Assembly (NCBI GenBank): GCA_973851085.1
Contig: OZ316776.1
Span: 248,001-312,000, forward strand
Length of the DNA stretch: 64,000 nt
Direction: 5' to 3'
Origin: Ptychomitrium polyphyllum
Taxonomy: Eukaryota
Both the position numbers and the translations under genes were made by a program. This document shows positions 13,787 through 27,072 of this stretch, one piece after another; within the stretch, counting starts at the first letter, position 1; each line of letters begins with the position of its first letter. Below the pieces are notes generated by a model, which worked only from the letters and a program-made list of their open reading frames with translations, did no database searches and was not told where the DNA came from.

Positions 13787-16700
13787 GGCACCCTTCCCTG
13801 CCCTTCCCTCCCCTCCCCCTTTGGCACAGAGGGGGCCTGGTTACCGCGCTGGCAGCTTTATTTTATTTTGTGGTGGCAGGCGCGCGTGGCGATAGGGCGG
13901 GGGTCAGTTCTCCTTATCACGAGGGGTCTTGAAAAGCGCCCCCGTCCCCCGGGTGGTTTCTCTTTCGTTCCCTCCCGTTCCCTCCCGTTCCGTCCGTTCC
14001 GGGGTTGACTGGTCGAAGCTCCCCTGTGTTTTCACCCCCCCATCTCCTTGCCCATTGCCCCTGTGACACCCACTTCTCGTGCCAGATTTTGTACCCATCC
14101 CATTCATTTTGATGATTACTGCTTGAATTGCTTGACTTGATGAGAGACATGCCAAAAAAATTATGTTATTTGGTAATAACTTTTTGGTTACATAATGATA
14201 TTTATTTGTTAAATTTTCAAAAACATTATCATACTTATTAGTACTTGAAAATAATATGGGCACTAAATTATTAGTGTTGGTCACATTATACCCACTCACA
14301 CTACCATAGTTGTTGTAAGAAAAAAATTATTGTACCTTACACTTTGTTTTAATTTTGCAATTATTACAAACGCCCTATATACTATGACATATAATTATTG
14401 CCATAATTAGTGTATATCGATTATCCTTTGAATTAACACTATATCATATTTATTAATCATCTTAGATAATACCATGGTGATTTGAAATATTTAACATCAA
14501 ATGTAGCATTTATTCATGAATTAAAAGGTTTTAATTTCATAGAAAACTTTATTAAAATCTACTTTTCAAAACAACCAATTTCCTTTATTGTTTTAAAAAT
14601 GTTCAATTATTGATTGGTTGATTTGGTCTTGTATAACATAATCAATGATATTACAAAGGTGTTAATGCACTATTGTATTTTAGCAAAGTAAGTTACACAT
14701 TATATATGGTGCCTATTACATAAAAGCAATGAATCTCTTCACTTTGCAAAAACAAAGCTTGAAAAAAAAAAAGCTTCAAAGCCAAGAAAAAAAAAGGTTT
14801 TTGATTTTATTGTCTACAAGTTACAATATAATATGTGAGCTCATACATTAATCATTAATCTTGCTTAACTAAATTTTGATTATATTTTCAAACAATCTTC
14901 ACTTTCAATTCTAGTTGAATTATGTTCTCTTAATGATAAATTCTTTTATAAAAAAATATATTTTATACCAATAAAATTATGATCATTCCTTATTAAACAT
15001 TATCCTAAATCTTGCATACTATTAAATATACAAATTGTTGTATGAAATTGTATGTTTACACTAACTTTGTGTCAAAATGTCTTTCAATACTTGTTATTTT
15101 CTAAGTATTAAATCAACTTATAAATTAGGTGTTTACAAAAAAATTATATAGAATGTTATATTCATAAAATTTTCAAACCAAAATAAAAGTACGTTTATAT
15201 TCTTCTACCCAATAAAGATTCTTTGTAAAAAATGCCAATTATATAGAAGTACATATTAAATAATGCAACCTTAGGGTTGTTAAATTTTAGATTTTGATTG
15301 TTCCTTCCATATACTATATACATGCATATGTAACTAATAGATATATTTTATATATTTGTTTTATATGAATATAATAATTTATATTAAAAAAATATTAATG
15401 GTATATTTAATTATTATTCTAAAAAAATTAAATTTTCATCTATATTTTTTATAATGGATTGTTTAAAAATTAATATGTTAATTTATATCTTAAAATTTTC
15501 AAATTTCACCTTCAAATAACTATAAAGACCTTATTATTGGCTAGATTCTATATTTCCAAATTTTACAAATGAGCAATAAGCAAATGAAACATTCTTTCTT
15601 TAAGATGATAATTTTAAATAATATAAAAAATATTGCATAAATGAAGTGTTGTATTACTGAATATAATTATTGAAAGACCTTCAAAGATTTCCATGTAGTT
15701 CTTTAATATACATGAATGAAAAGTATTTTTTCTATTAATAATCTAATTAAAACTTAAATGATATATATCTAAATTACTTTTGTAATGTGACAAATTGGAA
15801 GTTTCAAATGTCATCTTATTGTGCAATGTAGTTGTATTATAGAAAAAGATTTGAATAAAAAAGTTTGATTATCTAGAATATTGTTGTAAAATTAGATTAT
15901 TATATAAAAAAATGTCATATCAAAAATGTTAGATTATAGATTAATTATTTAGAATTTATCATCCACTCAAATGATAATTTAAGATGTGGTTTTAAGATTA
16001 TTAATATATGACCAAGTTTTTATAACAATCTTTATAAATCCATTAAAACACCATTTTTAAAGAGTATAATTTTGTCTTCTAAAGTTATTATTTCATTGTA
16101 GAAAATATGTTTGTTTAAAAATGATGGATTTATTAAACTCAAGTTAACAATCTTTTATGTTGCATGCACTTATTATAATTTAGTATTATTTTTTACATTC
16201 AAATTTCAAAATTTGATCTTTTGGCTTTTTATAAATGTTATATTAAAGGTATTCAATGCAAATACAATATGGAATTACAAGATTCATTGCATTCAAAGAG
16301 CAAAAAAAATAAAATTAATTTAGATTATATTGTATTTTGTTTATGGTGCTTCTTTGTATTATGCTACAATTTTAGAAGCTTGTTAATTATATAACATTTT
16401 TTTAGGAAATTTTTCAATTTAGAAATCACTAGAATATGGATTAATTAATATTGGTTTGAAGAGCCTAATTTACAATCTACACATTTATTGTCTAAAGTTT
16501 TTCTAATAACATTTGTAAATAGAAATCTAATATAAAGAAATGTCACATTCATAATAACTTGGAATTAAGATTAATTACAAATATAATTAAAAAAGAATTA
16601 AACAAGTGGCATGTAAAAATTCATAGTAGCTTTGTAGATTTGAAGATTAGTACTATTTTAAAAATTAAGTAGCCACAAAGCCAACAAAGGGAAGTCAACC

Positions 16701-18358
16701 AATAAATATTATGTACTACTAAGAACATTACTACCGTACTAACAATCCAAGGACCATTTATTGCATTGATTGTGTGATTCGATGGCAATTGCATCAATTG
16801 ATTAAAAAAATTTACATGTTTTGATTTATGCCAAATATATTTATCCATTATGAAAATGTAAATGAAAGTCCTTCTTGACAAGGACAAAAGGGAACCAAAG
16901 GAGGCTGCTATCAAATTTGCTACGTTTTCTTAGCGATCCAGAAAGCAGGAATGTTTTAGGGAAGGCGAAAGAAAACCACAGAAGAACAGGAGCAGCGCCT
17001 GTTTTCAGGAGACCTGGCAGCCATACCCATGCGTGATGGCAATGGCTGCCATGTGCATTGTAAGTTACCATGGACATATGCAAGTTGCCGCTGGCTCCGT
17101 TCCTCTGCGCTACGACGGTTCGTCTGTACGCGACACATGGCAACGCCTTTGTGGGTGTCCAGTTTGTGAGGATGGCGTTGATTGCTGTCATTTATGGCCA
17201 TCGCCGGGACATGATCCGTCAGCCATAGATTAGGACCTCAGAAACTCTGTAGCTTCGGAGCCTCGGAGCCTCGGAGCCTCGAGCCTCGAGCCTCGCAGGG
17301 AGAGCGCCCCAAAACGAACCTGTAAACTTTCCTAAAACCAATATATGCATTGCAACTTAAATCATTTTTGATCTAATATTAGCCAACCCAATTTTTTGTA
17401 TTTGGTCAACTTCGGGTTATTTCCAATACAAAGACTTATGAGCGACTTATATATTGGTTTAGGACCGATACCTTTATTTTAATAAAAAGATATTACTAAT
17501 TTTTCTTTCTGAAGATTTGTAGTATTTTTTTGTTGGTGACAAAAATATGAAAAATTGATATTCTTTGTAACCTCTGTTCTTTTGTCAAAGGAAAATAATC
17601 CTTCACTTATACCACTCCACATATTCAAAAATGCTTAAACTATTTAAGTTAAAATTATTCTACTTTATAAAGCTTCAAGACCTTTTGAGCTCAAAGAATT
17701 TTACTTCATTAAAGAAAATAAGAACAAAATGTTTTGAAATCAAACATGCTATAATATTCTTAGCTCATAGCCTTTATATTTTCTATGCTGCACAAATGTT
17801 ACCTACATTAATTGTTACTCAAGTTGTTATAATAAAACAACACTAACGAGTACTAATTAACCTTCGAAGGTGCTTGAAAGGCCTATAAACCTAAAAATAT
17901 TATGACTCATAACATTTCTACCCACCTTACTATTACTTTTGGTATTTCCCTAAGTTATGCTGATTTGGAAACTCTCATTAGTGGATTGGGCATATACCCA
18001 ATAAAAGTTCCCTTTTTAAGTATTAACAAGTAAGAAAGCTATGCTACAACACCGTAATAGTTGCTTCTCAAGAACTGCAACAAGTTTTTCCTTTGAAGAT
18101 TCAACTGGGTTTCATGTTTTACATTAACGTTTTTGCATTCAGAATTCCAGCTCGAACTTAAAAGATTAGTCCAGTAAGCTACTTCACCATCTTGAGAACA
18201 CCAAGAGAGTCGCAATCAGAAAGTAGTTGAGAACCCAGAGCAACACTTCTCTGTAAGTTATACTGGCTGCTCAGTGATCATTCACTCCAACTTTAGATGT
18301 ACACGTCCAGTGCATGTCCATGCCATATATATTATATGTTGCGGTTACGAAGACGAAC

Positions 18359-18466
18359 ACAACACAAATCGAATGTTGCCTTTCAGAAGACGACTATTCA
18401 CTTCCTGACATGACAACACAAATCGAATGTTGCCTTTCAGAAGACGACTATTCACTTCCTGACATG
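18359..18466. repeat. Exact 54-bp tandem duplication downstream of the SYP61 stop
   Basis: acaacacaaatcgaatgttgcctttcagaagacgactattcacttcctgacatg occurs twice in tandem. Confidence 0.9.
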
Positions 18467-18710
18467 ATTAAGTGACCCAGCCTTCTGCTTCAGCTATTGG
18501 TTTTGCATACTACAGCTTCTTCAACAGCCCCGACACAAACCGTATGATACTGGAAGGGCATCATTGGAGGAATATTCAGAAATAAATGAAGAAATAATCT
18601 TCCGTGCATCTTGATTTGAGGTACTCTACTTCACGTTTTACAGTAATTGGTGCCAGCGTTAGAGGTTCAAATTATGACAGTACTATTCATTCTATAAAAA
18701 GAAAATGGAG

Positions 18711-21222
18711 TCAACCTGAAAATACAAGTAAGGTAAGAATCAGCAGGAGGACCACCAGAATTACTATCGTTAGCACTTGACCTTTCCATCCAGCTTTCTT
18801 CAACACCGTTGCAATTCTTTTCTGCACAATCACAGAGAAAATAAAGTCAATATTGCACATAAGCTATTAAACAATCTACTGAGGACGGCCGCATCAAGTT
18901 TCCATTACACTACCGTATCACTAAGTACCAGCAAACGAGACGAGCTACAATGCCCTGAGAAGACTAAGACAATAACTTGCGAGATAATGCATGAAAAAGC
19001 TCGAGCTACACATCATTACTTCGTGCATAAGAGCATTATGCTTCTACCTGAACAAAGTCAAGTCGATTGGCAGTGCTATCCATGTCATTTCCTAGTTCGT
19101 CCATGAGATGTCCCTGCAAAAGGAGTGACAAGTTCAGCCTAAAGATTCACAACTACTAGAAGAGGTGTTTTACATTGATGTTATGCACCAGAGGAAAGAC
19201 AGAAAGGCAGCAAGATTATTAACAGAACATAATCTCCAGCAACTTCATAAGAGGGGGTAGCACCTGCACTGCTAGTTCCTCATGAATAGATAAGCCAACA
19301 TCACCCAAGCGCTCCACAGTTGCACTTAAGTCATCCAAATCTTCATCTTGTTCTCTTGAAGACAGATAAAATGAAGAAAGCACTGTTTGAGACGATGAGC
19401 TCGGGACATTCTGCTAGAATCTACTTGGCAAAGGAACTGAAAGATCGAAATTTATACATCTTAAGAATGACAAGAAGCAACTTATGAGCAACACTAAATA
19501 ATGTGAGAGGGGCGGGGAGTCCCTCCAAGGTAGTAATTGAATTCACAAGTGAACAATGATGATCCAAAGCAAGAGCTAATTAGTTTTTGTTCCGTTCTAA
19601 TTCGTTTGACTGATGCTCTACCAGAGGCTAGACACAAAAACTGTTATAAACTACTACCACATACTTCAAGATGAGGGCTTGCCGATCCGATTCACCAAGG
19701 TAGTGGTCATCCATTCCATGGTTCAAGGTGGGTTGAAACTGGTTCTCCAATCTCATCAGCTCTCGACGACTCATCTGGCCATTACTTGCTCCAGTTTTCC
19801 TCTCAGCCGCCATTTTTAACTTCTCTGAGACTGATTGAACCTGACATATTTGAGAAAATTATTAAAGACAGAATGAGGTAGGAGGACTTAGACGTGTATC
19901 TTGGATCACAAATATGATGGAAGAAAATAAAGGAAAGAACCTTGACAACCTATGTCGAATATTTTAATAAGAAGTATTGAGTACCTGGTTGCGTGCAGAG
20001 GCAGTCCATTTCTTGCGACGTTCAATTTCAGCACTATCAACACTAAATCGAGCAGGATCTCTCTCTGCAACGCCAATCGCCCGATCCAACTCGTTCACCT
20101 AGAAAATTGTGTATAATGAACTTTCAAGTTTTTAATTGGATACATAAAACACTTTCGAGACCACCTAGGCTTTAACAGGAATACTAAAGACCCGACAATG
20201 CTTGCATTTTGTATAGTGTTGGCAGCAACCACTTTGTGTCCACGACTTCGCTGAAGAAAATAAATAAACCCAACTAATCAAAGGTAACATAAAGTAATCC
20301 ATCATTAGTAGCCTCCCAAGACCATTGCATTTGATAAGAATGGAAGAGCACAGCAGCCTCATCTGCCACCCTGATGAAATTACTGAGATTTCTCACACTT
20401 TTTGAGGATTCTCAGGTCAGACTTAGACAATTGACCAAAACCCTAGATAGTACTTTCAGGGAGAATAAAAATAGGCCACAGACAGCTCTTTGGGAGACCA
20501 GAACCGAGATGAGAGAACAGACTACATCAAACAGATGTTGAAATCTTTGAAATGGACAACCACAGAAGGTCGTGCATACCTTCACGAAATTAGTCAATAT
20601 TTAATCATGGATACAGGTCGGAAAATCATCCTCTAAAAAATAAAACTAATGTTTCCTTTCGTGTCAAAAACAAATGTCTCAGAACCCTAAACCATCAAAG
20701 CTAGATTCTCGCGCTTGCTCTTGAGACGATTTCAAAGGGGAACATCAAAACCCAATATCACAGAGCTAAATCGCATACCGAAGTTGGAAAACCTAATGTA
20801 CTAAACTCAGGATTGTGACAAGACTTAATAAGAATTAAGTCTGCGAGGTGATACTAGTACTCCCAGAAAGATTCGCACCAAGCGACAACGTGCCACCATT
20901 CTGCTTGTCACGCTGGAATCAATCCTTAAAGTGCAAGTAGGAGAGATTTTTCCCTTACCTGCCACTCGATACTCTCGCAGGCCGACAGAAGCTCCTTGTT
21001 AAGAACCTCGCGCTCAGCAACAGAAGGCAGCTGCTCCCACCGCTGCAATGTGACCTGCAGCTTCACAACCTGGCACACAAGACCAAAAGGGTTCATCACA
21101 TTGTAATTTTAACTCACGTGCCTCAAAAAAGATCTAATTAAATCTCACCATCAAAACCCAAATCCGCTTACCGAGTCCTGAACCTCCTCTTTGACGAGGT
21201 AGAAGGGATCTAACGCCGACAT
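18711..21222 (-). CDS. SYP61: Syntaxin-6/SYP61-type Qc-SNARE, ~239 aa; exons 21172-21222, 20959-21069, 19985-20098, 19665-19840, 19264-19354, 19048-19113, 18711-18821
   Basis: N-terminal MSALDPFYLVKEEVQDS..CESIEWQVNELDRAIGVAERDPARF..EIERRKKWT; SNARE motif QDEDLDDLSATVERLGDVGLSIHEELAVQGHLMDELGNDMDSTANRLDFVQ; C-terminal TM helix VLTIVILVVLLLILTLLVFSG*. Phases close (720 nt). Confidence 0.95.
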
Positions 21223-21525
21223 GATGACGCCTGCCTCGGCACCCACGACTGCAGTCCTCCACAGGACGCAGGACACAGACACAGACACACACACCCCAAC
21301 GCACGTGGTCAAAGCACCATCTTAGGGCCAAAAAAACGGATCTGCATTGCGGATCGTGGCAAAGCTGAAGTGGCAGTGAGGGGGTACGTCGTCGGGGGGA
21401 GCCACGCATTCCGATGCGGCCTGCGCCTCGAAGCGGCCGACAGCGGCCCCCGCCCTCCGCCCAGCGCATGGGTGTGCAGTGGCAGTGGCGGTCGAGGTGT
21501 TGCTGTTGGAGGCCATGCGCCTTGC

Positions 21526-21809
21526 CTCTTTCTTTCTCTCATGCATTCTCTCTCTTTCTTTCTCTCATGCATTCTCTCTCTTTCTTTCTCTCATGCATTC
21601 TCTCTCTTTCTTTCTCTCATGCATTCTCTCTCTTTCTTTCTCTCATGCATTCTCTCTTGCTTTCCCTCTCTTTGTCTCTTTCTCACTGTCTTTCTGTCTT
21701 TCTTTCTCTCTTTTTGTCTTTCTACTTGTCTTTCTTTCTATCTGTCTTTGTTTATGTCTGTCTTTTTGTCTTTGTTTATGTTTGTCATTCTTTCTTTCTT
21801 TCTTCTTTA
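21526..21809 (+). repeat. 26-bp tandem repeat (x5, ATGCAT core) grading into a CT-rich microsatellite upstream of SYP61
   Basis: ATGCAT at 21541, 21567, 21593, 21619 and 21645. Confidence 0.9.
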
Positions 21810-22036
21810 TGTCACGGACATACATATTAGAAGCATCTAGAAAGGTTCTTAGAAGATTCAAGAAGCTTCCAAGGAAGTTGTCTTGACTTAAGAAGTTTCT
21901 AAGGAAGTTACCCTGGGTTTAGGAAGCTTCTAAAGAAATTCCCTTGGCTTAGGAAGTTTCTAAGGAAGTTACCTCGGCTTCAAAAACTTCCAAGGAAGCA
22001 ACTCAAGGTTGCTTGACTACAAAGCAATGTAGGTGA

Positions 22037-22622
22037 TGTCACGGACATAGATCATGCAACATAGTCTTTAGAACATTCTAGAACCTTCTAGTATACTATA
22101 ATACCTTCTTAAAATACTTTTAGATGTTTCCACAGCCTTTCCATGATCTTAGAAAGTTTCATAGGAAAATTCCTCCACCTTAGGAAATTTCCTAGGAAGG
22201 TTCTATCATCTTAGGTAATTTCTTAGGAAACTTCCTACAAAGATTCCATCATCTTAGGAAACTTCTTAGGAAAGTTCTACTTCTTTAGGAAACTTCCTAA
22301 GAAAGTTCCGCTACCTTAGAAAACTTCCAAAGAAGGTTCCAACTCCTTGGAAGCTTCTTAGGAAGGTTCTAACATCTTAGGAAACTTCTTGGGAAGATTC
22401 CCTAGACTTCTAAAACATTCTTAAGCCTTGTAGGAAGCTTCTTTAGAAGTATCCTAGGAGATACAAACGTCATAGTATAAATAGGAGGCAAGACAAGGTA
22501 TTCCTTAGTCTTGCCAATACAAGTTGTGGATCATCTTGAATCTTGCCTTGTTCTAGTCTTTGTATCAAGTTCTTGTTAATCATTAGTTCCTTGGAAGTTA
22601 GTTCTTTGGGAAACACTAAACA
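22037..22622 (+). mobile_element. Solo LTR of family B inserted in the 5' LTR of element A
   Basis: Matches LTR 27073-27641. Flanked by GGTGA/GGTAA (TSD, 1 mismatch). The uninterrupted junction is visible in the LTR copy near 49200. Confidence 0.85.
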
Positions 22623-24862
22623 GGTAAAGCTTCTTAAGAAGCTTCTAAAGCTTGTAGTTCTAGTATATGTAGGAGTTGAGATTAAAGAGCTCTTTAGTCT
22701 TGACAATGCATCTCTTGTGGTCTACTTCAGACCTTCTGGCCTTGTCTTTTGTACCTTGCTGTAGTTCTTTACCTCTAATATACTTGGACTTATCTTGTTC
22801 CACATCTTAGAATCTTGGAGCCTTGTCTTGTGCTTACTCTATCCGTAACAATTTGTCGAAGCTGTTATACAAAAATATCAGAGGTTGGATTTTCTTGATA
22901 GAAAGCGGATCACCCTACTTCCTCGAAAACACTATAGCATTCTAGAGGTTGGATATTACCCTCCTCTAAATTGATATTTCCTCTTAAATTTTCTTTCGTT
23001 TCTTGCATAGTTAGCAGTTTTATTTATTCCCACTTTATTTCTATGCCAAGGAGTGAAGAAATGAATATCACAAATTAAAAAAAAATGAAGTTAGATTCCA
23101 TTATCAATGCTCTTGAAGCATTGAGGATGAAGACTGAGACTTTATCTAAACAAAACAAAGAACTGTATTTGATCATACACAATCGTCAAGGAGCATAATA
23201 ACCGCAACTGTTATTCCAAGTCAACATAGGTGTTTGATTGTCTAGACCTGATTTTGTAGATGACGGACAAATTCAAGCCACGAATTCAATGTCAACAACC
23301 AAAGAACCAAGAATCAGCCTTTCGAAGAAGTTTGATGGTACGCGTTCAAAATTTCAAGACTTTGTAAACCAAGTTCAATTTGTTACCTTGCTTCAACCTT
23401 GGCGGTATTCTACAAATGCTTCGCATGTTGATTTGGTAGGAACGTTGTTCTCTTGACAAACATTGTCTTGGTTTGCATCACTTTTTGAGAAGTATTCTTC
23501 TATACTTAGCAACTTTGATGCGTTTTTAGCCACGTTTGCAGAAGCATTTGGTGACCATGACAAGCTTTGTTCTCCAACTACTAAGATTTGTGCCTTATGC
23601 CAAGGGCCACGTTCTATGTTAATTTATGCATCGGAATTTTGACAACTTGCATGCGACATCAATTGAGGAGAAGAAGTGCTGATGAGTCAATTTCATTGAG
23701 GTGTACGCGACAAGGTTAAGGATTTATTACCATCCATGCCAGACCCCCAAACACCTGATGAGGCCATCAATTAAGCTTTAAAGTGCGATAATCATCTATT
23801 TCAACATCAACAAGATAAATAGACTTTAATTACACTTGGGCCTTCTACAAACTTTTCAATAGCTATAGTCTCATCTATTGCTAATAAGTATTCGGGAGCG
23901 GGAGCCATGTAGATTGATGCGGTTTGTTTCAAACTCCATACCAAGCATGAGAAGAAGCAACGAAAGAAGCAAGGGTTGTGTTTGTACTGTGGAAAATATG
24001 GCCACAAGGTTGATAATTCTTCAAATAAACTTCTACATATATATTAGATGAAAGGTACAACCACCATACCAAATGCTTTGCAGGAAAACAAAAACATCCA
24101 ACCACAATATGGACCATGAAGCTAGATCTGCTTCCTTTGTAAGAAAACAAAGGTCCTATTCCATTAGCCTATTCTTCCTCTTGTTTTACTATACTTGTTT
24201 GTTTAGGTGTTCAAAAGTTCTAAAACCTTGCTCTAAAAGGTTTAGGAGCATTTTGCTTGCGTTATTGACAAAGAATTCATGAAAATCCATAAGTTTGCTT
24301 TTAATAGAAAACCAAAATCCGTCCATGTAGAAGTTATAAACGATCGGCTGTTATCTTTTGGAGATGTTGTTCATGAGACCAATTCATTAACAGTAACATT
24401 GAACAATCATAGTAGCTAAGTGATATTTGATGTCATGAAGTCTTTGTCAAGTTCCATCATTCTTGGACTTTCTTGGCTTGAAAAGTACAACCCGCAGATA
24501 AATTGGGCATTCCGCAAAATTGAATTTCCATCATTAGAGCCTGTAATTATCAAACCTACGGAGGAAGTTGAAGCATCTTATAGATTTAAAAAGCCTCTCT
24601 TCATTGGAGCTAAAGCATTAATGAAAGTAGCAAAGACTGGTGTTTCTTTTGTTGTGTATGCAATTCCAACGTCCAAAGATGTAACTACATCTTTAATCAT
24701 TCCAGATAAATATAGGAATTTCAACAATGTATTAAAAAAGAAGGTTGCAGACATCTTGCTAGAACATTGTCCGTACAACTAGGCCATAGACCTCCAAGAC
24801 GGTGGCCAACCACCATTTGGACCTATCTAAAATTTATCTCAAAACAAGCTTTCATCATTGAG

Positions 24863-26024
24863 TGTTACAACCCTTGTAATGCACCTTAATAATATCACGC
24901 ACGTCAACCCTGTACACCTCTACATGCACATGATTAACCCCCATTTTCACTCTCCAAGTCTCAGGCATGGTTTCTGATTCTCTCTACCATTTTTCTTTAA
25001 ACACCCAATTGATTGGTAGCCAATAGTTAGGTGCGGAATTTTATTCATATCCAAGGCCTCACTTGGTATTACTCCCATTCCACATGACCTAACCGCACTT
25101 AGTGGTGTTTCCTCACCACCACACATGATTTTCATATGATCCTAAGATCATTCCGGGTTACTATAATGCAGGTGTAGAAACACCACCCTAACTTAGTGAT
25201 AACAAACGTATCCTTTTAATCTCACTAGTTCCTTTTGTAAAACTGGTCATCTACCAACTCACAATGGTGTAGGAGTTCCCGTGGTGAAGTTCCAACACTA
25301 GCTCCACCAATCGGGACTCACTCTTGGCTCCTACCGAGATGCTAGGGACGTGGGAAGGGGGACCAGTCCTCCCCTTAGTACTCTTTGTGGGATTTGGCAA
25401 GCTCCCTAGGTCTCTGTAATAGACTGAATCCTGACACACCAAAAACTTTGGAAGACCACCCAATCTTCCTTAGAACTTAGCTGCTGGAAGCCTTCAAAAC
25501 TTCTTGCGGACCTTCAGGAAGCCATATCTTCCATGTTTGGTCTCCAAATCTATTGAGCAATTATTCTATTGTCATCTATTCTTTGTGTAGATGCCAAAAG
25601 ATTCTTCAAACATCCAATTTGATTTATTATTCTGGGAGATATGCCTCTCACAAGGTTTGCGACTCCAGGGAAGTCCCTCCTTGCACTGTCCCAGTCCAAC
25701 ACAGTCAGAGTCTAGAGTTACCACAGTCCAGAATAGCCCTTGGCAGCCCCAACTTTGGGATGCCATATCTTTTAGCTCTCTTGTCCGATTTAAGTGAGGT
25801 TTAGCATTCTAGAATCAATTCGTCATGAGTCCCTTAATGCCTACAATTTCTCCTTTGTGGCCCTTAGTCTACATGGACAAGGATATATCTCTTCGTTGAG
25901 GTCCTTCCCACGCTATGCCCACTCGGTTCACCTCACTATCGGCGCCACAATTCTCAGACGTCACTCTAGGATCCCTCTTGTGCCCTTAGTGTTGCGGGCA
26001 CTCTTAAAAGAGAGGTGCGCGACA
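24863..26024 (-). mobile_element. Solo LTR of family C (~1.16 kb) inserted in pol of element A
   Basis: Homologous to LTRs 52177-53323 and 58094-59238. TSD TTGAG/CTGAG. Removing it restores [12 protein letters not shown]. Confidence 0.9.
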
Positions 26025-27072
26025 CTGAGGGAGTATATTAATGAAAACTTAGCCAAGAACTTCATACAACATTCAAAGTTTCCTGCTGGTGATCTCATAC
26101 TTTTTGTAAAGAAGAAAAATGGATCCTTACAAATGTGTGTCGATTATCGTGGCCTCAACAAAATGACGGTGAAGAACCGATATACATTGTGGCTTATATC
26201 TGGGCTTCTTGATCAAATTGGCCAAGCAAAGATCTATACCAAAATAACCCTGCGAGAAGTCCACAATTTAGTGTTCATAAAAAAAAGTGACGAATGAAAG
26301 ACGGCTTTTTGAACAAGGTATGGACTTTTTGAATACAATGTCATACCTTTTTGACTTACCAACGCACCCGCCATTTTTTAGCACTTGATGAATGACATAT
26401 TTTGAGAGTGTATCAATGATTTTGTTGTATGCTATCTGGATGATATCTTGATCTATTCAAAGAATCTAGAAGAACATGAACGACATGTTTGCATAGTCCT
26501 ACAAAAGCTACAAGATGCTGGTTTAGATGCCAATGTGGAAAAATATGTATTCCATGAACTACAAGTGGAATTCTCTATTATATCATCTCCAACAAAAAAT
26601 TGTTAATGGACCCAAAGAAGGTCAAAGCAGTTAACGATTGGATGAGGCCAAAATTGATACGTGATGTCCAATGCTTTCTTGGATTTGCAAACTTTTATAG
26701 GATCTTCATCAAGGATTATTCTCAAATAGCTACACCACTCATGCAATTAACATGGAAAGAAAAGTTTGAGTGGGGATCTGATGTTGAGGATGCATTCCAA
26801 AGTTTGAAGTGAGCTTTTATCAAAGCTCCTATTTTGGTCCATCTGGACTTTCTGAAGCAATTTTATCTTGAAATAAATGCTTCTAACTTTACACTAGGAG
26901 CAGTTTTATTACAAACGGGAGGAGAAGGAAGACTCCATCCAATTGCATTTCACTCTAGAAAGTTTTTAGCTCCAGAAATCAACTACGAGATCCTTAACAA
27001 GAAACTCCTTGCAATTGTGGATTCCTTCCATGAATGACATCACTTGCTCGAGGGTGTAGTGCATCCAGTTAT

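Larger units (their letters stand above)
21810..27072 (+). mobile_element. Gypsy chromovirus (Tcn1/Tf1-like) element A, 5' half: LTR 21810-22850, gag, protease, RT, partial RNase H; degenerate, with nested insertions
   Basis: TG..CA LTR; gag KEPRISLSKKFDGTRSKFQDFV and CLYCGKYGH knuckle; [24 protein letters not shown] and YLDDILIYS; RNase H LHPIAFHSRKF. Many stops. Confidence 0.9.

Noticed and set aside
13236..14008. Long overlapping ORFs with VC, GVGL, WV or PHPN repeats
   Set aside because: Products of stop-free microsatellites read in several frames.
21370..21886. ORFs of 135-156 aa rich in S/L/F
   Set aside because: Translation of the 26-bp and CT repeats.
21840..22450. CRISPR-like regularly spaced palindromic repeats
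   Set aside because: Degenerate tandem units inside LTRs, with no unique spacers, no cas genes and a eukaryotic context.
25794..26297. 167-aa ORF as a novel fusion protein
   Set aside because: Chance read-through from the solo C LTR into the RT of element A.
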